Shown: piece by piece, positions 48,179 to 61,690 of the stretch | Layout of the letters: each line of letters starts with the position of its first letter | How positions within the stretch are numbered: the stretch's first letter is position 1 | Assembly (NCBI RefSeq): GCF_009914755.1 | Contig: NC_060947.1 | Reading direction: 5' to 3' (one strand) | Origin: the human T2T-CHM13v2.0 reference genome, Homo sapiens | DNA: 64,000 nucleotides | Translations under genes and position numbers: made by a program | The notes under the pieces: model-generated | Databases searched by the model: none | The model's input: only the letters and a program-made list of their open reading frames with translations | What the model was told of the DNA's origin: nothing

Positions 48179-49906
48179 AAAGAAGCATATTTCAGACTTA
48201 CAAATTGTGAGTCATATTCATGTGTATCATACATATTTATGTGCCATCTAAAAGTTACCAAATTAACATTTTTAAAACATCCTTTAAAGTAAAATATTTT
48301 GCATATCTAATTTCAGCAACGACAAAATAAGAGCTTGAATGTACATGACCCAATTATCAGGGATTTTTTTTTCTTAGGGCAAATCATAATTTATCATATG
48401 ATAAAATAACATGAGTGGTAAACTCCAATGCAGTGGCAGAGATTTTCACATTAATTTGTTTATTTATGACAAATAAATATTTTTTACTTACTCTGGAGGA
48501 AAATTTTTTATTACATACTCATGCTTTATACTAATTATAATATTAAACATTAAATTATTCTTAACAATTTCTTAGTAATTTTTAACCCATACTTCTTGCC
48601 CAAAACTTTTTCAATGTGTACAAAGAAAGCTGACTTTAGTTCTGTGAATTGACTTATTTCAAGAAATTGTCGTTTATATTCATATTAACAAATCAACCAT
48701 GAGGTGAAACAAAAATGAGACAATGCAAAAATTAGATTTGAACAATTCCATCTGAAAATCCACACTGCTTTAGATGCAAATCTAAGCTTCAGTAAATATA
48801 AGGCCAAAGTTGTCACTAAAATTCATGTTCATTAGGTAATAAATACTCATAAAGCAAGTTTAGTCATTAATACTAAAATAGTATCAAAAATGAATATTAG
48901 AAAGAAAAGTAAGGCTATTTAAAAAGGAGGGAGGGAAGAAAAGTAGATACAAGATATGCTTCTTTAGCTCTCCTTTTTAAAAAATATTAAAACTCTTATC
49001 TATACCAAACTGACAAAAAAAACCAAATTTCTAAATTCTAAAAATAAACATTAACCTTTCTTTTTTTTAAGTTATAGATATTAAAATCACATAAAAATGA
49101 ATTTGAATCTAGTTTTTAGTTACAGTAAAAACATCTACAAGTCTACTTAAGTAAATTCAATCATGACAGCACAAAAATAAGTTTAATTATATAGCATTTC
49201 AACTACTGCAGACCTGCAGAGAACACATAAATATTCTATACATTGTTAATGAAAGAAAATCACACTAGGTTCTGACAACAGTGAAAGAAAATGAACTCAA
49301 TTGCTTTGAACAAACAGAAGTGAAATGCTGGGAAATTCATTCTCTTTGCATACAAAATTATTTTCAATATTGTAAACTACAATTAGGGTCCCATTTTATC
49401 TATGAAACTTATCTGGACCACTCCAGCTATTCCTTCTCTAGATCCTTAGAGCATTTACTGTCAGTGCCACTCACTTTCCACATTTTTGCATGCTTTCCTT
49501 CAATGTAATTTGTATATTTTTTATGTTATAATATTTTGGAGATGGAGATCTTTCCTCTAAACTTTTCATGTATTCTTTTCTTGACAAGCCAATTGTAAGT
49601 ATTTTAAAGAGAAACATTTTTTCAAAATTTAAATTGTTGTTTCAGTAGTTAATATATACATATGTGTAAAAAAATTAAAATATTACAAACGGTTTCAAGG
49701 TGACAGGTGAGTTTCCTTTTCTCTCTTTTTATTTGTCTTAGCCCCAATGATCTTTCCAACCCAATGTTCAGCAAACAGTACTTAATTTTCTTATGTTTCC
49801 TGTTGGAGATATTTGCAATACTTGTTGCATAGACAAGCACAAAAATAATGTATAATATGCTGCATATTAATATATGTCTTTTAAATATACACATATCCAC
49901 TTGTCT

Positions 49907-49927
49907 ACACACACACACACACACACA
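49907..49927. repeat. (CA)n microsatellite
   Basis: Read directly from the sequence. Confidence 0.9.
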
Positions 49928-51692
49928 TACATATCCAGTTTAAACACAAAAGGTGGCATACTATACACAATGTTATAGTTCTTTATATTCTGCTTATTGT
50001 CTTCCATGCTTCCTAAAAAGTATTAAAGAATGTAGGTTGACTACCTGATTAATTGGAATAATGAGTTTGAGAATTAGCTATGGAAGGGAAAGACTTTTAA
50101 CTTAAGAAAATGACATTTTAAGTTTACCTAATTTATACTTGTCATCTGAAACTTCTTAATTTGAATATTATGCATAGTGAATTTTGTAGGGTAAAAATGT
50201 TTTAAAGCTACCTTATATTGAAACAAATAATAAATTTTGATGGCAATATCATGGGGTCACTTTCCCGATGAGACCTATTGGTTTTATTCATAAGTTATAA
50301 GTTTATTCTGACAGTACAAACAATTTTGGTGGCAGTAGAAACATATTTATTTTGAATAAGTTATTTCAACATTTCTTTATGTAAATGCTCTATACTTAAC
50401 ATTTGTTTCTCTAGGTTTTGTGTGACCACATTGTTTAGAACTTGGTTAATTTGTAACATAAGACAAATGTGAAAATCTGGCCATCATTAGAGTTGAGGTT
50501 TATTTTGTAGTGTTTGTTTTTATTAATATTAACAAACAGTACAGTATAACTTAAATTAGTTTATGCTCAAAAATTAATTTTTCCCAAAAAGCAAAATCAC
50601 AGGTAGAGTCAAAGACCTAAGTTCCGCATAAGCATTTGCTTGCCTGAAATCAATAAAGTAGGTTAAAAAGTTTAGCCTTGCTGTTGGCAAGATGGCCGAA
50701 TAGGAACAGCTCTGGTCTGCAGCTCTCAGCGAGACCAATGCAGAAGATGGGTGATTTTGGCATTTCCAACTGAGTGGCACCTGGAACCCCAGTGAGACAG
50801 AACCATTCACTCCCCTGAAAGGGGGCTGAAGCCTGGGAACCAAGTGGTCTTGCTCAGCGGGACCCACTCCCACAGAGCCAAGCAAGCTAAGAACCACTGG
50901 CTTGAAATTCTCCCTGCCAGCACAGCAGTCTGAAATTCATCTGGGATGATAGAGCTTGGTGCGGGGAGGGGCATCCACCATTACTGAGGATTGAGTAGGT
51001 GGTTTACCCCCTCACAGTGCTAAGGACTGGGGGGAACTCAACACAGCGCAGCAAAAGGGCTGTAGCCAGACTGCCTCTCTAGATTCCTCTTCACTGGGCA
51101 GGACCTCTCTGAAAGAAAGGCAGCAGCCCCACTCAGGGGCTTATAGATAAAACTCCCATTTCACTGGGACAGAGCACCTAGGGGAAGGGGTGGCTGTGGG
51201 CTTAGCTTCAGCAGACTTAAATGTTCCATTCCTGCCTGCCAGCTGTGAAGAAAGCAGTGGATCCTGACAAGGAGGGTTCTACCAGCACAGCACTGGAGCT
51301 CTGCTAAGGGACAGACTGCCTCCTCAAGTGGGTCCCTAACTCCCATGCCTCCTGACTGGGAGAGACCTCCCAACAGGGGTTGACAGACATCTCACACAGG
51401 AGATCTCCAGCTGGCATCAGGCCAGTGCCCCTCTGGGATGAAAATTCCAAAGGAAGGAGTAGGCATCAATCTTTGCTGTTCTCCAGCCTCCACTGGTGAT
51501 ACCCAGCCAAAAAGTGTCTGGAGTTGACCTCCAGCAAACTGCAGCAGACCTGCAGCAGAGGGGCCTGACTGTTAGAAGGAAAACTAACAAACAGAAAGCA
51601 ATAACATCAACATCAACAAAAAGAACCCCCACATAGAAACCCCATCCAAAGATCATCAACCTCAAAAATCAAAGATAGATAAATCCATAAAG

Positions 51693-52444
51693 ATGAGGAA
51701 AAACCTGGGCAAAAATGCTGAAAATTCCAAAAACCAGAAGGCCTCTTAATAGCAAACTCCTCTGAGCTAAAGGTGCATGTTCTAATTCAATGCAAGGAAG
51801 CTAAGATCCTTGACAAAAGGTTACAAGAACTGCTAACTAGAATAACCAGTTTAGTGAAGAACATAAATGACTTGATGGAGCTGAAAGACACAGCACGAGG
51901 AAAGTGAAGGGGAGAATGGAACCAAGTTGGAAAACACACTTCAGGATATTATCCAGGAGAACTTCCCGAACCTAGCAAGACAGACCAACATTCAAATTCA
52001 GGAAATACAGGGACCACCACTGAGATACTCCTCAAAAAGAGCAACCCAAAGACACATAATCATCAGATTCTTCAAGGTTGAAATGAAGGAAAACAATGTT
52101 AAGTGCAGCCAGAGAGAAAGGTCAGGTTACCTACAAAGGGAAGCCCATCAGACTAATGGCGAATCACTCTGGAGAAACCCTACAAGCCAGAAGAGAGTGG
52201 GGGCCAATATTCAACATTCTTAAAGAAAAGAATTTCAACCCAGAATTTTATATCCAGCCAAACTAAGTTTGATAAGTGAAGGGAAAATAAAATCCTTTAC
52301 AGACAAGAAAACACTGAGAGATTTTGTCACCACCAGGCTCCTGAAGGAAGCACTAAATATGGAATACAAGAGCTCCTGAAGGAAGCACTAAATATGGAAA
52401 GGAAAAACAAGTACCAACCACTGCAAAAACACACCAAAATATAA
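51693..52444 (+). pseudogene. L1 ORF1p, disrupted by two internal deletions and frameshifts
   Basis: ATG at 51693 (MRKN...); peptide ENTLQDIIQENFPNLARQTNIQIQEIQ. Confidence 0.88.
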
Positions 52445-52504
52445 AGACCAATGACACTATGAAGAAACTGCATCAACTAACGTGCAAAATAACCAGCTAG
52501 CATC

Positions 52505-55500
52505 ATGATGGAAGGATCAAATTCACACATAGCAATATGAACCTTAAATATAAATGGGCTAAATGCCCCAATTAAAAGACACTGACTGGCAAAATGAATG
52601 GAGTCAAGAGCCATAGGTGTGCCATATGCTGGAGACCCATCTCATGTGCAAAGACACACATAGGCTCAAAATAAAGAGACAGAGGAATATTTACAGAGCA
52701 AATGGAAGGAAAAAACAAAAAGCAGAGGTTGCAATCCTAGACTGATAAAACATACTTTAAACCAACAAAGATAAAAAAAGACAAAGAAGGTCATTACATA
52801 ATGGTTAGGGGATCAATGCAACAAGAAGAGCTAACTATCCTAAATATATATTCACCCAATACAGGAGCACCCAGATTCATAAAGCAAGTTCTTAGAGACC
52901 TAGAAAGAGACTTAGATTCCCACACCATAATAGTTAGAGACCTTAACATCCCATTGTCAATATTAGACAGATCAACGAGACAGAACATTAACAAGTATAT
53001 TTAGGACTTGAACTCAGCTCTGGACAAAGCAGAACTAACAGATATCTACAGAACTCTCCACCCCAAATCAGCAGAATATACATGCTTCTCAGCAGCACAT
53101 AGCACCTATTCTAAAACTGACCACATATTTAGAAGTAAAACACTCCTCAGCAAATGCAAAAGAATGGAAATCATAACAAACAGCCTCTCAGACCACAGTG
53201 CAATCAAATTAGAGCTGAGTATTAAGAAACTCACTCAAAACTGCACAAATACCTGGAAACTGAACAACTTGCTCCTGAATGACTACTGGAAAAATAACAA
53301 AATTAAGACAGAAATAACAAAGTTCTTTGAAACCAATGAGAACAAAGAGACAATGTATCAGAATCTCTGGGACACAGCTACAGCAGTGTTAAGAGACAAA
53401 TTTATAGCACTAAATGCCCACAGGAGAAAGTGGGAAAGATCTAAAATCAATACCCTAACAGCACAATTAAAAGAACTAGAGAAGCAAGAGCAAACAAATT
53501 CCAAAGCTAGCAGAAGACAAGAAATAACTAAGATCAGGTCAGAAATGGAAGAGATAAAGACACACACACAAAAACTTTCAAAAAAATCAATGAATCCAGG
53601 AGCTGGATTTTTGAAAAGAGAAACAAAATAGATAGACCGCTAGCCAGACAAATAGAGAATAAAAGAGAGAAGAATCAAATAGACAAAATAAACATAGTAA
53701 AGGGGATTTCACCAGTGAATACAAACTACCATGAGAGAATACTATAAACACCTCTAGACAAATAAACTAGAAAATCTAGAAGAAGTGGATAAATTCCTGG
53801 ACACACACACCCTTCCAAGACTAAACCAGGAAGAAGTCAAATCCCTGAATAGACTAATAACAAGCTCTGAAATTGAGGCAGAAATTAATAGCCTACCAAC
53901 CAAAAAATGTCCAGGACCAGACGGATTCACAGCCGAATTATACCAGAGGTACAAAGAGAAGCTGGTACCCTTTATTCTGAAACTATTCGAAACAATAGAA
54001 AAAGAGGGACTCCTCCAAACTCATTTTATGAGGCCAGCATCATTCTGATTCCAAAACCTGGCAGAGACACAACAAAAAAAGAAAATTTCAGGCCAATATT
54101 GCTGATGAATATCGATGTGAAAATCTTCAATAAAATGCTGTCAAACCGAATCCAGCAGCACATCAAAAAGCTTATCCACCACAATCAAGTCAGCTTCACC
54201 CCTGGGATGAAAGGCTGGTTCAACATGTGCAAAACAATAAACGTAATGCATCACATACACAGAACCAATGACAAAAACCACATGACTATCTCAATAGATG
54301 CAGAAAAAGCCTTTGATAGAACTCAACACCCCTTCATGCTAAAAATTCTAAATAAACTAGGCATTGATGGAACGTACCTCAAAATAATAAGAGCTATTTA
54401 TGACAAACCCACAGCCAATATCATACTGAATAGGCAAAACCTGGAAGCATTCCCTTTGAAAACCGGCACAAGACAAGGGTGCCCTCTCTCACCACTCCTA
54501 TTCAACATAGTATTGGAAGTTCTGGTGAGGGCAATCAGGCAAGAAAAAGAAATAAAGGGTATTTAAATAGGAAGAGAGGAAGTCAAATTGTCTCTGTTTG
54601 CAGATGACATGATTGCATATTTAGAAAGTCCCATCATCCCAGCCAAAAATTCCTTAAGCTGATAAGCAACTTCAGCAAGCTCTCAGGATACAAAATCAAT
54701 GTGCAAAAATCACAAGCATTCCTATACACCAACAATAGACCACCAGAGAGCCAAATCATGAAAGAACTCCCATTTACTATTGCTACAAAGAGAATAAAAT
54801 ATCTAGGAATACAACTTAAAACGGATGTGAATTACCTCTTCAAGGAGAACTACAAACCACTGCTCAAGGAAATAAGAGAGAACACAAACAAATGCAAAAA
54901 CATTCCATGCTCATGGACAGGAGGAATCAATATCGTGAAAATGGACATACTGCCCAAAGTAACTTATACCTTCAATGCTATTCCCATCAAGCTACCATTG
55001 ACTTTCTTTGCAGAATTAGATAAGACTACTTTAAATTTCATATGGAACCAAAAAAGAGCCCATATAGCCCAGATAATTTTAAGCAAAAAGAACAAAGTTG
55101 GAGGCATCATGCTACCTGACTTCAAACTATAAGGCTACAGTAACCAAAAAGCATGGTACTCATACCAAAACATGTATATAGACCAATGGAAAGCAACAGA
55201 GGCCTCAGAAAGAACACCACATGTCTACAACCCTCTGATCTTCGACAAACCTGACAAAAGCAAGCAATGGGGAAAGGATACCCTATTTAAAAAATGGTGC
55301 TGGGAAATCTGGCTAGCCATATGCAGAAAAAAGAAACTGGAACCCTTCCTTACACCTTATACAAAAATTAACTCAAGATGGATTAAAGGCTTAAATGTAA
55401 AACCCAAAACTATAAAAACCCTGGAAGAAAGCCTAGGCAACACCATTAAGGGAATAGGCATGGGCAAAGACTTCATGACAAAACAGCAAAGCAATTGCAA

Positions 55501-56306
55501 CAAAAGCCAAAATTGACAAATGGGATCTAATTAAACTAAAGAGCTTCTGCTCAGCAAAAGAAACTATCGTCAGGCAACCTACAGAATGGGAGAAAATTTT
55601 TCAATCTATTCATCTGACAAGGTCTAATATCCAGAATCCACAAGGAACTTAAAAAAATTTATAAGAAAAAACAATGTCATCAAAAAGTGGGTGAAGAATA
55701 TGAACAGATGCTTCTCAAAAGAAGACATTTACGTGGCCAATAAACATGTAAAAAAAAAAAAAGCTCATTATCACTGGTCATCAGAGAAATACAATTCAAA
55801 ACCACAATGAGATACCACCTCACGCCAGGTAGAATGATGATCATTAAAAAGTCTGGAAACAACAGATGCTGATGAGGATGCAGAGAAATAGGAATGCTTT
55901 TACATTGTTGGTGGGTGTGTAAATTAGTTCAACCATTGTGGAAGACAGTGTGGCAATTCCACAAGGATCTAGAACCAGAAATACTATTTGACCCGGCAAT
56001 CCCATTACTGGGTATATACCCAAAGGATTAGAAATCATTCTGCTATGAAGACACATGCACACGTTTGTTTATTGCAGCACTATTTACAATAGCAAGACAT
56101 GGAACCAACCCAAATGCCAATCAATGATAGACTCAATAAAGAAAATGTGGCACATATACATTATGGAATACTATGCAGCTATAAAAAATAATGAGTTCAT
56201 GTCCTTTGCAGGGACATAGATGAAGCTGGAAACCATCATTCTCATCAAACTAACACAGGAACAGAAAACCAAACACCACATGTTCTCACTCATAAATGGG
56301 AGCTGA
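52505..56306 (+). pseudogene. L1 ORF2p (APE-type endonuclease / reverse transcriptase), disrupted by stops and frameshifts
   Basis: Fragments [48 protein letters not shown]; LFADDM codons at ~54593; split across several ORFs. Confidence 0.95.
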
Positions 56307-56629
56307 ACAACGTGAACACATGGGGCACAGGGAGGGGAACATCCCACACCAGGGCCTGTTGCCAGGTGGGGGGAAAGGGGAGGGAGAGCATTATGACAAA
56401 CACCTAATGCATGAGGAGCCTAAAACTTAGATGACGGGTTGATAGGTACAGCAAACCACCATGGCACATGTATACCTATGTAACAATCCTGCATGTTCAG
56501 CACATGTATCACCGAACTTAAAGTAAAATAAACACACACACACACACACACAATCAAATAAAAAGAGGAAGAAGAAGAACATATACCCTTTATAAGAGAT
56601 CATTTTTGTTTTTACTGAGAGACAGTACA

Positions 56630-57077
56630 TATATATATAAACACACACTATATATACATATATATATATATATATAATTATTATTTATCATGAAGAATTG
56701 GCTCATGCGGTTATGGGAACCAAGAAGTCCCATGATCTGCCATCCATATGCTGAAGACCCAGGAAAGCCATTCATGTAGTTCCTCCAGTCCAAACTCGAA
56801 TGCCGGAGAACCTGTCCAAGGCCAGGAAGAGATGAATGTCCCAGCTCAAGCAGAGAGAGAGAGAATTCACACTTCCTTCTTTTTGTTCCATTCAGGCCCT
56901 CCACAAACTGGATGAGGCCCAATACATGGGTAAGAGGGGGATCTTCTATACCCAGTCTACTGACGCTAATCTCTTTCAAAAACACCATGAGTCACAGACA
57001 CACCCAGAAACAATGTTTTACCAGCTCTCTGGGCATCCCTTAGCCCAATCAAGTTGACACATATAATTAACCAGCAC
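56630..57077 (-). mobile_element. MLT2 (ERVL) LTR, lacking its terminal bases
   Basis: Reverse complement 'ggttaattatatgtgtcaacttgattgggctaagggatgcccag'; (TA)-rich segment typical of MLT2. Confidence 0.85.
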
Positions 57078-57263
57078 CAATGGGGAGTTGCTAATTCATG
57101 GGTGTAAAGTTTCAGTGAAGCAAGATAATTAAGTTCTAGAAATTTCGTGTACCATGTTGTACCTATAGTCAGTGATGTTCTATTGTGCACTCAAAATTTT
57201 GCTAAAAGGGTAGATTTCACATTAAGTGTTCTGACCACAATAAAATAAAATTGAAAAAAAAAA
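57078..57263 (+). mobile_element. L1MB1/2-like 3' end with A tail
   Basis: 'taaagtttcagtgaagcaagataattaagttctaga...aagggtagatttcacattaagtgttctgaccacaataaaa'. Confidence 0.8.
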
Positions 57264-58139
57264 CAAAGGGAATAGACATTTCAAATGTGCAGTGGAGGGA
57301 AAGAAAGGGGAGAGTCACAGTTAGGCTAGGGGCTGCTCCTCATTCAGACAAGTGTCCTCACACCATCCACTAAGTCTCTGGGCAGAGATGACAGACGATT
57401 GTGCAAAGAAAAACCTAAGGGCTTTATTTTAAGACCTTCTGTCAGGAAAGGCCTTTGGAGGAGCTTCAACGACTGGACTGCATTCCTGAAGGTCAAACAG
57501 CAGTGACATGATCTGCTGGATTTGGGGAAGCATTTTTAAAAAAGAGGAATAATAAGAAGAACATATACCCTTCATGAGAGATGATTTTTATTTTTTACCA
57601 AGAGACAGAGAAAGAGGCGAGAAAGTTCTGGTAGGAAGGAATTAAAGGGAGATGAGCACCTGCCTCTTCAGCTTCTGTTGAAAGTGCTCTTAAAGCAGCG
57701 GTTTCCAGACAGGGCCAGGTACTTTATTACAAATATTGGAATTTATTTCAATAAGCTCTGTCATTTCTTAGCAGCTGTTTCACTTTACAGCAAACTAACC
57801 AACAGAGGTGTAGGAGGCAGCTTGTCTTTTGTCTTTCATTTTGATGAACTTGATTTTTTTTTTTTTTTGGTGTGATGCTTCTGGCTGAGGCTCACAGGAA
57901 GAGAAGACTCTGTTTTTGTTTTTTGTTTTTGCTTCAGCAGAGGGAATGAGGAGGAGCAGGCGGTGCCTGTGAGCAGCCTACCTTCTCAAGGGTCCCGAGT
58001 TACAAAGAGCAGACATCACGCCCTGTGTCTCTAGTTACAGAACCAGAAGGAAGTGACTGTATTATTCTCCCACATTTATCAGCCCAGGGAAGCCATTCGT
58101 GTGTTCTGAGAGGATCCTATCTTTTATTCTCATAAAAAC

Positions 58140-58322
58140 ATCATTCTATTTTCTTTCTTATCAGGACTTGAGATTAGCCAATTACATTATTGTGTACACC
58201 TTTTCCTTTTCCACTACCAGAATGTAAGGTCCATGATATCAGGAATTCCGACTTATGTATCACTTATGTCTAGAACAGTTCCTAGTACATAGTAGGTAAC
58301 CAGAAAATGATTACTGAATTAG
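58140..58322 (+). mobile_element. L2 3'-end relic
   Basis: 'ccactaccagaatgtaaggtccatga...ctagaacagttcctagtacatagtagg'. Confidence 0.7.
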
Positions 58323-58412
58323 TTACACTTTCCATAAAATCCCAGGTTTTTCTTCCTCTAGGAAGCTTTTGAGAGTTGTCCCAGTACATGTTAATTTTAC
58401 TTACTCCAAGAT

Positions 58413-59035
58413 TGATGGGAATGTAAATTAGCTCGACCATTGTGGAAAATAGTATCTTGATTCCTCAAAAAGCTAAAAGCAAAAATACCATTTAATTCAG
58501 CAATCCCATCGCTTGGTATATACTCAGAAGAATATAAATCATTCTACCATAAAGACACATGCACACGAATGTTCATTGCAGCACTATTCACAATAGCAAA
58601 GACATGGAATCAACCTAAATGCCCATCAATGACAGATTGGATAAAGAAAATGTTGTACAAATACGCCATGGAATACTATGCAGCCATAAAAAAGAATGAG
58701 ATCATGTCTTTTGCGGGAACATGGATGGAGCTGGAGGCTATTCTCCTCAGCAAACTAACACAGGAACAGAACACCAAATACCAGAGGTTCTTGCTTATAA
58801 GTGGGAACTAAATGTTGGGAACACTGGACACGAAGAAGGAAACAACAGACACCAGGGTCTACTTGAGGGTGGAGGATGGGAAGAGGGAGAGAAGCAGAAA
58901 AGGTAACTATTGGGTGCTGGGCTTAATACCTGAATGATGAAATAATCTGGACAACAAACCTGTGTGACACAAGTTCACCTGTGTAACAGAACTTCATATG
59001 TACCTTGAAACCTAAAATAAAAGTTTTTAAAAAAT
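58413..59035 (+). mobile_element. 5'-truncated L1PA15/16-like 3' end
   Basis: MFIAALFTIAKTWNQPKCPSM peptide; older-type 3'UTR; aataaa at 59016. Confidence 0.9.
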
Positions 59036-59199
59036 TCAAAAAAAGTTTAGCCCTGAACAAAACAACAGAAATGTTTTTTATAAAATTTTCTTTATGGAAA
59101 AGAGATAATATATTTATTCACATAACATCAAGCAAACAATCATTATGAAGCAGAGACTAAGAATGGAGGAAATATAATTAATACTTCTACTGATCGCTG

Positions 59200-59410
59200 T
59201 TAACAATAAGAAAAATTTACTGAATATGTACTATGTGTTGAGACTATTTTGCATGCGTAATCTCAGATACTCCTTATAATAATCTGCTGCAATATGATAT
59301 TAATACTCACAAGTTAAAGATAAAAACTTTCTGTTAGTATAAAATATCCTGCCCACTGCCACAAGCTGGAAAGGATGCAAATCAAGTATGTCTGTGTAAA
59401 GCATTTTCAG
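59200..59410 (-). mobile_element. MIR relic
   Basis: 'atttactgaatatgtactatgtg' antisense MIR/L2-type 3' end; weak similarity beyond it. Confidence 0.5.
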
Positions 59411-59429
59411 CCCTCAAGTAGTTCGCATT

Positions 59430-60360
59430 TCTTTGACAATGATGAACAGAAAGTGTCATAGTAAGAAAGTGGAAGAGCGCCTAACCTAGACTAGCCTGAA
59501 AATGATGGGGGTCAGCTAATGAGATCAATTTTGGAAGATGGTAAAAACTGGGTAGTATTGAACAGAAAAAATATTTTTTCACAAAAGCAGCAGCTTGTAA
59601 AAAATACTCATAGGGGAAAAAACCTCATCGGCATGAAAGACTCATACATAGATAAATAAGAAAGATGTGAATGATGATAAAATTAACATAATGAGGCAAA
59701 TATAACAGATTGTTAGGGGCTTTAATAAAAGATAAGAAGTTTGTGTTTTGTCATTTGATCAATAGAGGGTCACTAAAGTATTTTAAGTGGGGATGACACA
59801 ATTAGTCTTGAGTTTCATAAAGACTACTCAATCATCAATATGGAAAATGGACTAAAGAGGGTTTTATCAAAGCAGGCATTACTACAAAAGAGAGCATAGG
59901 GTCTTAACTAAAGTGATAATAGTGGGGATATAGAATGGACTGATTCAAGAGGTATAAATAAAGTAAAAATTATCAAGAACTTCAATGGCTGTTTGGAGCT
60001 GAAAAAAATTTATTGAGAGCACATTACTGCTTTAGAGTCTAGATGGAGAAGTCTGGTTGCAGTCCCAGATTTCCAATCAGGGCAACTGAGTGCTACTCAC
60101 CAAGAAAGGAAATGCAGAAGGAGGAGCACTGATTTGACAAAAAGATAATGCATTCAGTTTTGATGTATTGAGTACTACCAGGAAAGCTAAGTGGGGATAT
60201 CCAGTATGCAGTTTGATATACTTAAGACTTAAGATAAAACTCTGAGTTACTCTAGGCTTAGGAGTAATCTGTAGAAAGGTGAATACACGGTAGATGCTGA
60301 GATGTCCTTAATAAAAGTTGTATACAGTGTATTGACAACAGAAGAGAGTGAATGAGGGCA
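59430..60360 (-). mobile_element. L2 relic
   Basis: 'aatagagggtcactaaagtattttaagtggggatgacacaattag', 'ttcagttttgatgtattgag' antisense L2 motifs. Confidence 0.65.
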
Positions 60361-60374
60361 TTTTAAAAATTTTC

Positions 60375-61690
<1,316 letters not shown>

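Larger units (their letters stand above)
50681..56560 (+). mobile_element. Near-full-length L1PA7/8-like LINE-1 with internally shortened 5'UTR; tail converted to (CA)n
   Basis: 5' end 'caagatggccgaataggaacagctc'; ORF1, ORF2 and 3'UTR in order; preceded by a tt/aaaa endonuclease site at 50663-50669. Confidence 0.96.
56561..59039 (+). other. Putative L1-mediated 3' transduction (~2.5 kb)
   Basis: TSD aaaaagtttagccttg (50665-50680) recurs as aaaaagtttagccctg (59040-59055), not after the L1's own tail; aataaa at 59016-59021. Confidence 0.85.

Noticed and set aside
50395-50450. Acceptor-like 'tttgtttctctag|gttttgtgtgacc'
   Set aside because: Isolated motif with an early stop and no good donor; expected by chance
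50681-56560. Retrotransposition-competent L1
   Set aside because: ORF1 has deletions and ORF2 has multiple frameshifts and stops
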